Assembly: GCA_017403065.1 (NCBI GenBank)
Contig: JAFQOT010000006.1
Span: 33,865-97,864 of the forward strand
Length of the DNA stretch: 64,000 nt
Source: Clostridia bacterium
Lineage (GTDB): Bacteria; Bacillota; Clostridia; Oscillospirales; Acutalibacteraceae
Direction of reading: 5' to 3'
Part shown: piece by piece, positions 1-9,796 of the stretch
Numbering within the stretch: the stretch's first letter is position 1
How the letters are laid out: each line of letters starts with the position of its first letter
Notes under the pieces: model-generated
Database searches by the model: none
Seen by the model: only the letters and a program-made list of their open reading frames with translations
Told to the model about the DNA's origin: nothing
Translations under genes and position numbers: made by a program

Positions 1-37
1 AAGCAAACAAACCATAAAATTTATGTTAATTTATTCG

Positions 38-66
38 TTGACAAAATCTTGCATTTTTATTATAAT
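38..66 (+). promoter_or_regulatory. sigma-A-like promoter for the yitT-like gene
   Basis: TTGACA (38-43), 17-nt spacer, TATAAT (61-66). Confidence 0.5.
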
Positions 67-95
67 TACAGTGATTTTTAAACCGAGGTGTGCTT

Positions 96-935
96 ATGTC
101 AGATAAAATAACTAAATATGCAAAGATTTTTATAGGTGCCGTTATGACCGGTTTTGGCGTAAGCGGCTTTTTAACACCTAACAAAATTGTAAACGGCGGA
201 CTTTCAGGTTTATCCACCATTCTTTATCATACTTTAGGAATAGAAACAGGTATTTCCTTTTTCGCCATTAACGGTATTTTACTGTTGTTAGCGTTGAAAT
301 TTTTAGGCAAAAATTTTGTTATCAACACAATTTTCGGCGCTACTTCCCTCTCGATTACAGTTTATATTTTCTCATATTTCCCACCCGTTACTAACAATTT
401 GTTTTTAGCTACAATTTTAGGCTCTGCTTTATACGGTATGGGAATCGCCATTGTTTTAAGCGAAAACTCAACCACAGGTGGTACTGATATTTTAGGCCGT
501 CTTATCCAACGCGCCTTTCCCACCTCAAAAATAGGTAGCACAATTTTTGTTGCCGACATATTGGTGGTTGCAATTTCTCTTATCACCTTTAAACAGGTAG
601 AGCTTGTTTTATACGGAACAATCGCTCTATTTATTTCATCCTTTTCAATAAACTGGTTTATAAGAAAACTTAACATTTCAAAATTAGCATTCGTTATAAG
701 CGAAAACGGTGAAAAACTTGCAGAAACACTGGTGAATACTTCCCATCGCGGTGTTACGGTGTTAGATGCAAAGGGCGCCTACACATCGGTTTCTAAAACA
801 GTTTTATTATGTGCCCTTAAAGAAAAAGAAGTCGAAGGCTTTCAAAAAACAATTTCAGAAATTGACCCTGCCGCATTTATAATATTTTCGGAATCCTCCC
901 AAATAATAGGCAAAGGCTTTAGATTATACCGATAA
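96..935 (+). CDS. YitT-family integral membrane protein with a C-terminal soluble (DUF2179-like) domain
   Basis: ORF 90-935. The ATG at 96 follows GAGGTG. Multi-TM N-terminus plus C-terminal tail ...GVTVLDAKGAYT...IIFSESSQIIGKGF typical of YitT proteins. Confidence 0.8.
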   Translation: MSDKITKYAKIFIGAVMTGFGVSGFLTPNKIVNGGLSGLSTILYHTLGIETGISFFAINGILLLLALKFLGKNFVINTIFGATSLSITVYIFSYFPPVTNNLFLATILGSALYGMGIAIVLSENSTTGGTDILGRLIQRAFPTSKIGSTIFVADILVVAISLITFKQVELVLYGTIALFISSFSINWFIRKLNISKLAFVISENGEKLAETLVNTSHRGVTVLDAKGAYTSVSKTVLLCALKEKEVEGFQKTISEIDPAAFIIFSESSQIIGKGFRLYR

Positions 936-948
936 TTTCATAAAAAAC

Positions 949-986
949 AAAGAAGATGCAGTTTTAAATAACTGCATCTTCTTTTT
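949..986. terminator. bidirectional rho-independent terminator between the yitT-like gene and nadE
   Basis: Perfect stem aaagaagatgcagtt / aactgcatcttcttt, flanked by A-run and T-run. Confidence 0.7.
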
Positions 987-1716
987 ATATTTTCGGTTTA
1001 AAAGACGGCATCATTTGTAGCTTGAATAAATTTCGCTGATGCATACTGTCTATTTTTTCCTTTTTCTGCTTATCATCCATTTTTCCTGTACGGATATAAA
1101 CATCAAGCTCGGCATAGGTAAATCCTAAGTTTTCCTCATCGGTTTTACCACAAAGACCGTCTATAGGCACCTTGTCTACCAAACCTTCAGGAAGTCCCAA
1201 AATTTTGCCTATTTCCTTTACCTCGGTAACAGTTAAATTACTTAAAGGACTGAAATCCCCCGCAGCGTCACCGTAACGGGTAGAATATCCCACCCAGTCC
1301 TCCGACAGATTACAGGTGTTTACAACTCTGCCGTTTACACTTTGCGAAACCGCATAAAGAGTGCTCATACGTATCCGCGGCGGCAGATTTATATCACTTT
1401 GACGGCTAAGCTCCAGCTCTTTTGGAAAGCTTGATTTTAATCCGTCAATACAATCCTTGATATTAACCTCGTAATATTTAATTCCTAAGTGATTGCAAAG
1501 CTTATATGCGCAGTCAATATCACCCTGAACACCGCAGGGCATTAAAACACCTATGACGCGGTCTTTTCCCAAAGCCTCCACACATAAGGCCGCCGCAACC
1601 GAGCTATCCTTGCCGCCCGAAATTCCTATAACTGCATTACAGTCGCTGCCGTTTTCTTTGAAAAACTGCTTTATCCATTCCACACAGGAATTTTTTACCT
1701 TAATCGCATCAAACAT
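985..1716 (-). CDS. nadE: NH3-dependent NAD+ synthetase
   Basis: PP-loop motif ISGGKDSSV; length and overall sequence typical of NadE. Confidence 0.9.
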   Translation of the reverse strand: MFDAIKVKNSCVEWIKQFFKENGSDCNAVIGISGGKDSSVAAALCVEALGKDRVIGVLMPCGVQGDIDCAYKLCNHLGIKYYEVNIKDCIDGLKSSFPKELELSRQSDINLPPRIRMSTLYAVSQSVNGRVVNTCNLSEDWVGYSTRYGDAAGDFSPLSNLTVTEVKEIGKILGLPEGLVDKVPIDGLCGKTDEENLGFTYAELDVYIRTGKMDDKQKKEKIDSMHQRNLFKLQMMPSFKPKI

Positions 1717-1731
1717 ACTAAACCCTCTTAT

Positions 1732-2562
1732 TTAATCCAGCTTAGGCTTTTTGGATTTAGAAATGATTTTAACATCATCCCTATGCACCTTATAAATTAT
1801 TCCCTCGTCGTTAGATCTTATTGTAAGCCTTCCCGTTATAACGCTTGAGTCGGTAACGGTGGCAACTATACCATCCTTAGTTTTAACAACGTTTCCTACC
1901 AATGGTGTAAAAGAGTTAAGATATTCGTATGCCTCTTGCTCGTATTTAAGGCAACACATAAGTCTTCCACAGCTGCCCGAAACCTTTGTAGGATTAAGAG
2001 ATAGCCCCTGTTCCTTCGCCATTTTTATAGAAACGGTCTGAAAATCGTTTAAAAATTGCTTGCAGCAATAGGGCTGACCGCAAATTCCAATACCGCCAAG
2101 CATCTTAGCTTCATCACGGACACCTATCTGGCGAAGCTCTATTCTGGTGTGGAATTTCGCCGCCAAATCCTTTACAAGCTCGCGGAAATCCACTCTGCCA
2201 TCAGCAGTAAAGAAAAATACTATTCGGCTTGAGTCAAAGGAATATTCCACGTCAACAAGCTTCATAACAAGATTGTTTGCCAATATCATTTCTTCACAGA
2301 TTTTAAAGGCTTCTTGCTCTTTTTTCTTGTTTTCCTCTACCCTTTTAAAATCTTTTTCGTTAGCAAAGCGAAGCATTTTGCAAAGAGGCTTTACAATAGA
2401 AGCTTCGTCAACCTGATGGTTGCCCTCGCTTACGGTACCCATTTCCTTGCCACTTTGCATTTCAACTATTACCTTGTCTCCCTCTTTTGCCGTATTTCCT
2501 GCAGGGTCGAAGTAGTAGGCCTTTCCGCCTTCCTTAAATTTTACAGATATAACCTCTGTCAT
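1732..2562 (-). CDS. ricT: PSP1-domain protein RicT/YaaT (stage 0 sporulation / RNase Y maturation complex)
   Basis: PSP1 C-terminal domain with Cys cluster CGQPYCC...CGRLMCCL. ORF extends to 2574, but the ATG at 2562 has a GGAG SD. Confidence 0.85.
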   Translation of the reverse strand: MTEVISVKFKEGGKAYYFDPAGNTAKEGDKVIVEMQSGKEMGTVSEGNHQVDEASIVKPLCKMLRFANEKDFKRVEENKKKEQEAFKICEEMILANNLVMKLVDVEYSFDSSRIVFFFTADGRVDFRELVKDLAAKFHTRIELRQIGVRDEAKMLGGIGICGQPYCCKQFLNDFQTVSIKMAKEQGLSLNPTKVSGSCGRLMCCLKYEQEAYEYLNSFTPLVGNVVKTKDGIVATVTDSSVITGRLTIRSNDEGIIYKVHRDDVKIISKSKKPKLD

Positions 2563-2579
2563 ATTATTCTCCATTCGGT

Positions 2580-3506
2580 TTATTTCATAATTTTTACAGC
2601 CGTAGCCACAAGGTTAGAAAACCAAAGCCCTAAATTTATATTAGTGTTAAGACTTTTTTCCAGCTGAGGCAAAGTGCTGTATAATAAAGCTAATTTCTTA
2701 GCTTGAACACCCTTGTGATTATTTTTGATTTGAGTGACAATATAATATTTCAGCTCTTTTACAAAACGGTCTGCATCAACACGGGACCTTTCAAGACCGG
2801 CGCACACATTAAGACAGGCGTAACCGTCGCCCCGTAGCAAAAAACCTATAAATTCCTCTGCGGCGGCAGATATTTTACTTTGAGGCTTACCTGAAAGTAT
2901 TTTTTTCGCCTTGCCTATATTACAACGCGCATCAATTAAAGCGGATTTTATATCCTCCCTGTTATATGAGCTGTTTTCACTAAGCCAACTGGCAGCCACA
3001 TTTAATTCAGGGGTAGTTAGTGTTAAAATTACACACCGCGAAATAATCGTATCTAAAAAAGCGGCCTTGCTTTCAGCAATTAAAATAAACATTACCTGAG
3101 CGGGCGGCTCTTCCAAAATCTTTAATAAAGCGTTTTGCGACTGGGCATTCATAGTATCTGCAAAATCGATTATAAAAACACGTTTTTTTGCCTGATGGGG
3201 CTTTATATAAGCCTCGGTCTTCAACTGCCTTATTTGATTTACGCCGATATTTTTCTTCTTATCTTCAGGGGTGACTGTCAAAACATCGGGATGACCGCCT
3301 TTTTGGATTAAATCACAGTCTTTACATACTCCGCAGGGCTTATGCGCCTCTTTGCAAAGGGCGGCCTTAGCGATAAAATTTGCCAGAGTGTGTCTGCCTG
3401 TGCCTACATCCCCCTCAATTAAAACGGCATGAGGCAAGCGGTTTTCTTTTATTGCATTTAAGGTTATATCCTTAATTTTTTCATTTGCAATAAGAGGAAA
3501 AATCAT
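2580..3506 (-). CDS. holB: DNA polymerase III delta-prime subunit
   Basis: Clamp-loader AAA+ N-terminus HAVLIEGDVGTGRHT, Zn-module Cys CGVCKDC; synteny with ricT. Confidence 0.85.
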   Translation of the reverse strand: MIFPLIANEKIKDITLNAIKENRLPHAVLIEGDVGTGRHTLANFIAKAALCKEAHKPCGVCKDCDLIQKGGHPDVLTVTPEDKKKNIGVNQIRQLKTEAYIKPHQAKKRVFIIDFADTMNAQSQNALLKILEEPPAQVMFILIAESKAAFLDTIISRCVILTLTTPELNVAASWLSENSSYNREDIKSALIDARCNIGKAKKILSGKPQSKISAAAEEFIGFLLRGDGYACLNVCAGLERSRVDADRFVKELKYYIVTQIKNNHKGVQAKKLALLYSTLPQLEKSLNTNINLGLWFSNLVATAVKIMK

Positions 3507-4513
3507 AGTACAAAACCGACCTTTTTCATAGCCTTGAAATAAGTTTTCTTAGCTACCCTTTCAGCCTTTTGAGCGCCCTCGCGGTATAGCTGCTCTAAAG
3601 CCTTTTTATCGGTGATAATTTCGTCATATTTCTTTTTAATTGGGGCCAAGGTATCAGCCACAGTTTCGCCTACAGCAAGCTTAAATTCGCCGTAGCCCTT
3701 ACCCTCAAATTCCTTTTCAACCTCTTGACTGCTCTTGCCTGTAACAGCAGAATAAATAGTAATAAGGTTTGAAATTCCGGGCTTGTCTTCTGACATACGA
3801 ATAGTAGCATCAGAGTCGGTAACCGCGCGCTTGAATTTTCGTATAATATCGTCCTTACTGTCTAAAATAGCAACCCAAGAATTAAGATTATCGTCAGATT
3901 TCGACATTTTCTTAGATGGGTCCTGCAAAGACATAACACGTGCGCCCACCTTTGGAATATAAGGCTCGGGAACAGTAAATACGTCACCGTAAAGGTTGTT
4001 AAATCTTATTGCTATATCGCGGGCAATTTCCAAATGCTGCTTCTGGTCGTGACCTACAGGCACTAAATCAGGCTTGTATAAAAGAATATCAGCCGCCATA
4101 AGCACAGGATATGAAAATAATCCCACATTTACGTTGCTTGGATTTTTAGCTGATTTGTCTTTAAATTGGGTCATTCGTGACATCTCGCCAAACTGAGTAT
4201 TACAGGAAAGAAGCCAGGAAAGATTAGCGTGCTCAGGCACGTGGGATTGTATAAACAGGGTGTTTTTTTCGTGGTCAATACCCAACGCGAGAAGAAGCGC
4301 ATAGGTAGAATATATTTGTTGTCTTAGCTTTGCAGGCTCCTGACGTACTGTTATAGCGTGTAAATCGGCTACAGCAAAGGTACAGTCAAACTCATCCTGC
4401 ATAGCAACCCAGTTTTTTAACGCTCCCAAGTAATTACCCAAGGTCAGCATACCGCTGGGCTGTATACAGCTAAGCACCTTTTTTGGAGCTTGCTGAGAAT
4501 TTTTTTCGCACAT
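3503..4513 (-). CDS. trpS: tryptophan--tRNA ligase
   Basis: Class I aaRS KMSKS motif (KKMSKSD), HIGH-like GNYLG region; about 336 aa as expected for TrpRS. Confidence 0.9.
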   Translation of the reverse strand: MCEKNSQQAPKKVLSCIQPSGMLTLGNYLGALKNWVAMQDEFDCTFAVADLHAITVRQEPAKLRQQIYSTYALLLALGIDHEKNTLFIQSHVPEHANLSWLLSCNTQFGEMSRMTQFKDKSAKNPSNVNVGLFSYPVLMAADILLYKPDLVPVGHDQKQHLEIARDIAIRFNNLYGDVFTVPEPYIPKVGARVMSLQDPSKKMSKSDDNLNSWVAILDSKDDIIRKFKRAVTDSDATIRMSEDKPGISNLITIYSAVTGKSSQEVEKEFEGKGYGEFKLAVGETVADTLAPIKKKYDEIITDKKALEQLYREGAQKAERVAKKTYFKAMKKVGFVL

Positions 4514-4579
4514 TTATATCACACCTTAATTTTTCATAAAACTTAAAAAGATTTTATCATATAAAGAATTATTTTACAA

Positions 4580-5104
4580 CTACCGCTTAATAAACTGCAT
4601 CTCGAAAATTTTGTACTTTTTTATAGCAAGATAAAAAGGTATTCCTAAAACAAAACAAACTATAATCTCGCCTAAGCCAACCTGTAACGCCGAAATAACG
4701 AAGCCCCATACACTAAAATCCTGAGGCAGAAAAAATACCGCTATTTCAAGACCTATAATCAAAGCGTTAATAACCACAGGCGAAAGCATAGACAGTATAG
4801 GCAGCTTTTTAAAGGTAATGTTTCTTAGAAGATATGTTAATATCGCGGCTGTTAGGGTTGCCAATGTTCCAAAAATCATATCAACCCAGTTAAAAGAGCC
4901 TATATTTGCTATAAAACAGCCTACCGTAAGTCCGGGAATTGCCGCAGGGGTGAATATAGGTAACAAGGTCAAAACCTCAGACACTCTTAACTGAATAGGG
5001 CCATACGCCAGACCGAAGGCGTTGCTTAAATAGGTCAGCCCTGCATAAGCCGCGGCTATAAGCGCCCCTAAAACCATATTGCTTATGTGATTTTTTCTTT
5101 CCAT
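4580..5104 (-). CDS. queT: QueT-family queuosine-precursor transporter (ECF S-component-like)
   Basis: 174-aa, 5-6 TM protein resembling the QueT family (AYGPIQLRVSEVLTLLP). Confidence 0.7.
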   Translation of the reverse strand: MERKNHISNMVLGALIAAAYAGLTYLSNAFGLAYGPIQLRVSEVLTLLPIFTPAAIPGLTVGCFIANIGSFNWVDMIFGTLATLTAAILTYLLRNITFKKLPILSMLSPVVINALIIGLEIAVFFLPQDFSVWGFVISALQVGLGEIIVCFVLGIPFYLAIKKYKIFEMQFIKR

Positions 5105-5551
5105 TTAATCTTCCTGCAATCTTTTATAAAATTCTACAGCTAATTTATCACAACGCTCATTTTCAGGGTGACCGGCGTGACCCTTAACCCAATCAATAGT
5201 TACCTCGTGGTAATCAAATAAATCTAAAAGCCGCTCCCACAAATCAGGATTTAAAGCAGGCTTTTTATCAGCCTTACGCCAGTTGTTTTTACGCCAGGAT
5301 TCTGCCCATCCCTTAGTAATTGAATCTGCCAAATATTTAGAGTCAGTAACAAGGCGCACCTTACAGGGCTGATTCAAGGCAGAAAGCCCCATAATTGCCG
5401 CAGTTAGCTCCATTCGGTTATTTGTTGTGTTTATTTCGCCGCCTGAAAGCTCTTTTTCAACCCTTCCAAACCTTAAAATCACACCCCAGCCCCCAGGACC
5501 TGGGTTTCCCGAACAGGCGCCGTCTGTAAATATTTCTACATATTTTTTCAT
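5105..5551 (-). CDS. rnhA: ribonuclease HI
   Basis: N-terminus [17 protein letters not shown] and C-terminus [14 protein letters not shown] are classic RNase H1. Confidence 0.9.
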   Translation of the reverse strand: MKKYVEIFTDGACSGNPGPGGWGVILRFGRVEKELSGGEINTTNNRMELTAAIMGLSALNQPCKVRLVTDSKYLADSITKGWAESWRKNNWRKADKKPALNPDLWERLLDLFDYHEVTIDWVKGHAGHPENERCDKLAVEFYKRLQED

Positions 5552-5555
5552 AAGC

Positions 5556-6143
5556 TTAATACTTTCTATAGCTTCCTACAACCTTGCCCAAAACCATTGG
5601 GTTTTCAGGGTAAATAGGAGAATAATCAGGATTTTCAGGCATAAATATTACCTGACCGTCTTTAATTTTAAGACGCTTTACGGTAGCATCGTCCCCATCC
5701 ATACCAACAATTATATCACCGTTGCGACAGGGCTTGTTTTTATCAGCCACGATAATATCACCATCTAAAATTCCCGCATCCCGCATAGAAAGTCCCACTA
5801 CCTTTAGGGCAAAAAGACCCTCTGCATCATTTGACGGGTATGGAATATAATCCTCAATTTCCTCTATAGCTAAAATAGGCTTGCCTGCGGTAATTTTACC
5901 CACCAACGGCACCATTGTTGAAGCTGCACCTATATCCAGCTTAATAGAACGGGAATTTTTAGGGTCGCGGATAATATATCCCCCCTCCTCCAACGCGCTT
6001 AAAACCGCATGAACCGTAGAGGTGGATTTTATTCCCGTAGCAGCGCAGATTTCTCTCACAGTAGGGGGAAATCCCGCTGACATCTGCTTAACCAGAAAAT
6101 TATAAACTTCCTGTTGTTTTTCTGTAAGTGGAGTTTTTGACAT
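5556..6143 (-). CDS. lexA: LexA repressor
   Basis: N-terminal wHTH plus S24 peptidase core ([16 protein letters not shown] ... KRL); GGAGG SD. Confidence 0.92.
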   Translation of the reverse strand: MSKTPLTEKQQEVYNFLVKQMSAGFPPTVREICAATGIKSTSTVHAVLSALEEGGYIIRDPKNSRSIKLDIGAASTMVPLVGKITAGKPILAIEEIEDYIPYPSNDAEGLFALKVVGLSMRDAGILDGDIIVADKNKPCRNGDIIVGMDGDDATVKRLKIKDGQVIFMPENPDYSPIYPENPMVLGKVVGSYRKY

Positions 6144-6165
6144 AGTTAACCTCCATAAATAAAAA

Positions 6166-6179
6166 CGAACTAATGTTTT
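6166..6179 (-). promoter_or_regulatory. SOS (Cheo-type) box overlapping the lexA promoter
   Basis: Minus strand AAAACATTAGTTCG = GAAC-N4-GTTC with one mismatch. It lies just downstream of a TTGATA-17-TATAAT promoter, 23 nt before the lexA ATG. Confidence 0.6.
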
Positions 6180-6239
6180 TTTAATTATAACAAATATATC
6201 CCTTTATATCAACAATTTTATAAACAAAAATTTAAAAAG

Positions 6240-6268
6240 TTGACATATAAATTTTAATATAGTAGAAT
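6240..6268 (+). promoter_or_regulatory. sigma-A-like promoter for mntP
   Basis: TTGACA (6240-6245), 17-nt spacer, TAGAAT (6263-6268). Confidence 0.5.
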
Positions 6269-6298
6269 ATAACCTATCTTTTGAAGGGTGGCAATAAC

Positions 6299-6859
6299 AT
6301 GGGCTTGTTAGAGCTTTTTATTTTGGCGGTAGGTCTTTCTATGGACGCTTGCGCCGTTTCTATATGCAAGGGCTTGGCATCAAAAAAAGTGACCTTTAAG
6401 CAAATGGGGCTTGCGGGTATATGGTTTGGCGGATTTCAGGCTCTGATGCCTCTTATCGGCTACTTTTTAGGCTCGGCTTTTGAAAAATACGTAACCGCTA
6501 TTGACCACTGGATAGCCTTTGTGCTTCTTGGTGCTATCGGCATAAATATGATTAAGGAGGCTTTTTCCTGCGAAGAAAACGAAGCCAACTGCGATTTTTC
6601 ACCAAAAACAATGTTTGTAATGGCTGTAGCTACAAGTATTGACGCTTTAGCAATCGGTATTACCTTTGCTCTTTTACCCGATGTCAATATTTTTGCCGCA
6701 GTTTTATTCATCGGTATTATAACCTTTGTTTTCTCTGCAGCAGGGGTACGGCTTGGCAACATTTTCGGAGCTAAATACAAGTCCAAAGCGGAGCTTACAG
6801 GTGGCGCAATACTTATTATTTTAGGGTCAAAAATACTTATCGAGCACTTGATGGGCTAA
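6299..6859 (+). CDS. mntP: manganese efflux pump MntP
   Basis: DUF204 repeats (GLSMDACAVS ... SIDALAIG). ORF begins at 6281, but the ATG at 6299 follows GAAGGGTGG and lies downstream of the promoter. Confidence 0.85.
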   Translation: MGLLELFILAVGLSMDACAVSICKGLASKKVTFKQMGLAGIWFGGFQALMPLIGYFLGSAFEKYVTAIDHWIAFVLLGAIGINMIKEAFSCEENEANCDFSPKTMFVMAVATSIDALAIGITFALLPDVNIFAAVLFIGIITFVFSAAGVRLGNIFGAKYKSKAELTGGAILIILGSKILIEHLMG

Positions 6860-6865
6860 AATATC

Positions 6866-6900
6866 AAACGGTTGTATTACTAAATGTAATACAACCGTTT
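6866..6900. terminator. bidirectional terminator
   Basis: aaacggttgtattac / gtaatacaaccgttt perfect inverted repeat between convergent genes. Confidence 0.75.
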
Positions 6901-7683
6901 TTATGTTTTGGGTTTATTTTTGTTTTTGGCAAACTGTGACGGCGGCAATCCCGCATACATTTTAAACATTTTACTAAAGGCATAAACATTTTCAAAGCCC
7001 AGTCTTTCAGCCGTTTTGCTTATGTCGGCAATATCATACAAAAGCATACTTTTCGCCTTTTCTATACGAAAACGGTTTTTATAGGTTATTGGAGACATCT
7101 GATATTCTTTTTTAAAATACCGTCTTAGCTGAGATTCGCTCATAAAGCAAAGCTTTGCCAAATAGCCTATATCGACCTTTTCTTTGTAGTGCGCCTCAAT
7201 GTACTCTATTGCGGGCTGTATTTTGCTATCGCTTTCCTTTTCAGCGGCATTCTGGGTAGGAATAAGAGTAGATATTTTATAAAGGCAGCTAAGCGCCTCC
7301 AGATAGCTTGACGGATCATTAGTGTTGTACAGATTTATTATTTTCTCGAAATAATCCTTTACACCCTCAAAGGTGTTGGTTTTACACGGATGGGTAACAT
7401 AAGAAATGCTACTGTTATGAATGTCAAACTCCACCTGATAGCAGTATGCCCTTTGACTGATTATTTTATAAGAGTAGGTGGCCCCCTTTGGCACATAAAT
7501 AATATCGTCTGCCTTAGCGGTGAATTCTTGTTTATCAAACCGATATTCGTACTCACCCTCGATAATATACATAAATGTATGCTGCGACCGAGAATTGATG
7601 CTCATAGTTTTATTTTGCGGATGATATCTCATTGCAAAAAGCAAGGACAACCAGATTTTTTTAAAATCTGTACCCTTTTCCAT
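6901..7683 (-). CDS. AraC-family transcriptional regulator (cupin + HTH)
   Basis: C-terminal AraC HTH (SESQLRRYFKKEYQMSPITYKNRFRIEKAKSML ... GFENVYAFSKMFK); divergent from the sugar-acid operon. Confidence 0.88.
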   Translation of the reverse strand: MEKGTDFKKIWLSLLFAMRYHPQNKTMSINSRSQHTFMYIIEGEYEYRFDKQEFTAKADDIIYVPKGATYSYKIISQRAYCYQVEFDIHNSSISYVTHPCKTNTFEGVKDYFEKIINLYNTNDPSSYLEALSCLYKISTLIPTQNAAEKESDSKIQPAIEYIEAHYKEKVDIGYLAKLCFMSESQLRRYFKKEYQMSPITYKNRFRIEKAKSMLLYDIADISKTAERLGFENVYAFSKMFKMYAGLPPSQFAKNKNKPKT

Positions 7684-7841
7684 TCCTCCACCCCCTTAAC
7701 TTGAATGAATTATACATCATTTTAGGGTAAAATGTCAACTGTATGACTGTATTTGATAAATCTATGCCTAATTTATACATTTACCCTTATGTATAAATAA
7801 TTTATAATCAAAATATAAAAGCAAATCTAAGGAGGTTTTTT

Positions 7842-8606
7842 ATGTCATCGGTTTTTATTACGGGCGCAACAAAAAACACAGGTCTTTGTATCGCCGAAAA
7901 ATTTGCAAGCGAGGGCTATGATGTTGCCATTTCAAGCAGAACTGAAAAGGAACTGAAGAGAGCCGTATCTTATCTTTCCGATAAGTATAAGGTTAAGGTT
8001 AAGGGCTATACTTTGCAGCTTGACAGCGTTTCGGATATAAAAAATGTGTTTGCCAAAATCGAAGCTGACTTTGGCGGATTAGACGTTTTTGTACCTAACG
8101 CCGCTAACTTAGGCGTAGATTACGATATGCTTACTGTTACTGAAGAGGATTATGATGCTGTTATAGACGTTAATCTTAAGGGTACATATTTTTGTTGTCA
8201 ACAAGCGGCGCTTATAATGAAAAAACAAAACAAAGGCTCTATCGTTATAATCAGCTCTATACACTCAAAGGAGTGTATTTGGGGCAGAAGCCTTTATACT
8301 GCGTCAAAAGGCGGCTTAAACGCGCTTATGCGTTCTATGGCTATTGAGCTTGGACCATTTGGCATACGTGCCAACTGTATTATTGCAGGAGCTATACGAA
8401 CAGATCGTTGGGACAATTTTACCCCAGAGCAAATTGCCAAAAGAAGAGCCAACTGGCCTGTTGGACTTGAATCCACAGGTGAGGATATTGCAAACGGAGT
8501 ATATTATTTAGGTACAGATTTATCAAAAACTGTTACTGGTACTGAACTTACTATTGATTCAGGCCTTTTGATTTGTCTGCTACCCTTTAACGGAGGTAAA
8601 CACTAA
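7842..8606 (+). CDS. SDR-family oxidoreductase
   Basis: TGATKNTG Rossmann motif, catalytic YTASK (YxxxK); strong AGGAGG SD. Confidence 0.88.
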   Translation: MSSVFITGATKNTGLCIAEKFASEGYDVAISSRTEKELKRAVSYLSDKYKVKVKGYTLQLDSVSDIKNVFAKIEADFGGLDVFVPNAANLGVDYDMLTVTEEDYDAVIDVNLKGTYFCCQQAALIMKKQNKGSIVIISSIHSKECIWGRSLYTASKGGLNALMRSMAIELGPFGIRANCIIAGAIRTDRWDNFTPEQIAKRRANWPVGLESTGEDIANGVYYLGTDLSKTVTGTELTIDSGLLICLLPFNGGKH

Positions 8607-9796
8607 TGAAAATTACAGATGTAAAAATTTACACACTTGACGCTTACAGAACAAACTGGGCATTTATTAAGGTTGAAACCGACGAAGGTCTTTACGGTTG
8701 GGGCGAAGCATCCTTAGGCACTAACGAAAATGCTCTTGAGGGTATGGTTGAGGACCTTAAGCGCCTTGTTGTAGGCAGAAACCCATTAGAAATTGAAAAA
8801 ATGTGCTTTGAGGTTTACCGTGATATTTACTGGAAAGGCGGAGCTGTTTTAATGTCTGCAATAAGCGGAATTGAAATTGCTTTATGGGATATTGCAGGTA
8901 AATACTTCAACACCCCTACATACAATCTTTTAGGCGGTAAAATGCGCGATAAGGTTAAGATGTACGCAAATGCTTGGTTTATAGGCGCAAGAACACCAGA
9001 GGAGTTTGCAAAAAAAGCTAAGCAAACCACCGACCTTGGCATTAAAGCGCTTAAGTGGGATCCCTTTGGAGCTTCCCATATGACAATTTCCCGTGAACAG
9101 CTGCACAAAAGCGTTGATATAGTAGGCGCCGTTCGTGAAGCAGTTGGAGATAACGTAGATTTGCTTATCGAATGTCACGGACGTTTCAATCCCACCACAG
9201 CTATTGAAATTTCACGTGAGATAGAGCAGTTTAAGCCTATGTTTATGGAGGAGCCCTGTGTTCCTGATAATATGGACTCTACCGCTTATGTAAGAGCTCA
9301 CTCAAATATTCCTGTTGCCGCAGGCGAACGCGGTTACACAAAATATGCTTTCCAGGAAATGTTTGATAAAAACGCTGTTGACTATGCTCAGCCTGACGTA
9401 TTCCACACAGGCGGTCTTATGGAAGGTAAAAAAATCGCCGCTATGGCAGAAGCTAAGCATATTATGGTATCATACCATAACCCATCAGGTCCTATTTCAA
9501 ACGCTGCTATTTTACAGCTTGCCGCAACAGTTCCTAACTTTGTTATTCACGAAATTATGCTTACCGACGGTTCTTTCAGAAAAGCCATAACAAATGAAGA
9601 GGTTGTTTTCGAAGACGGATATATTTTAATTCCAAACAAACCGGGTCTTGGTATAGACGTTAATGTTGAAGAGGTGCTTAAGCGTCCTTACACTCCTCGC
9701 AATTTACGTCATTATACAGGCACTGTTACCGACATCAGACCTAAGAACGATACCTTCTATTATTTCAAGGGATTAGAGGATAAAGTTTATGAATAA
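8606..9796 (+). CDS. enolase-superfamily acid-sugar dehydratase (mandelate racemase / galactonate-mannonate dehydratase-like)
   Basis: N-terminal capping domain (GWGEA), barrel with metal ligand contexts (KWDPFG, MEEP, AAGER) and a ~400-aa length. Confidence 0.8.
   Translation: MKITDVKIYTLDAYRTNWAFIKVETDEGLYGWGEASLGTNENALEGMVEDLKRLVVGRNPLEIEKMCFEVYRDIYWKGGAVLMSAISGIEIALWDIAGKYFNTPTYNLLGGKMRDKVKMYANAWFIGARTPEEFAKKAKQTTDLGIKALKWDPFGASHMTISREQLHKSVDIVGAVREAVGDNVDLLIECHGRFNPTTAIEISREIEQFKPMFMEEPCVPDNMDSTAYVRAHSNIPVAAGERGYTKYAFQEMFDKNAVDYAQPDVFHTGGLMEGKKIAAMAEAKHIMVSYHNPSGPISNAAILQLAATVPNFVIHEIMLTDGSFRKAITNEEVVFEDGYILIPNKPGLGIDVNVEEVLKRPYTPRNLRHYTGTVTDIRPKNDTFYYFKGLEDKVYE

Noticed and set aside
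4514-4579. Expected T-box upstream of trpS, and a preQ1 riboswitch upstream of queT
   Set aside because: The trpS gap is only 66 nt, with no T-box sequence or terminator. queT abuts rnhA with no gap (5104/5105), leaving no room for either element.
6144-6298. Expected yybP-ykoY (Mn2+) riboswitch upstream of mntP
   Set aside because: The promoter at 6240-6268 leaves only ~30 nt of leader, and no conserved riboswitch core is visible in the AT-rich spacer.
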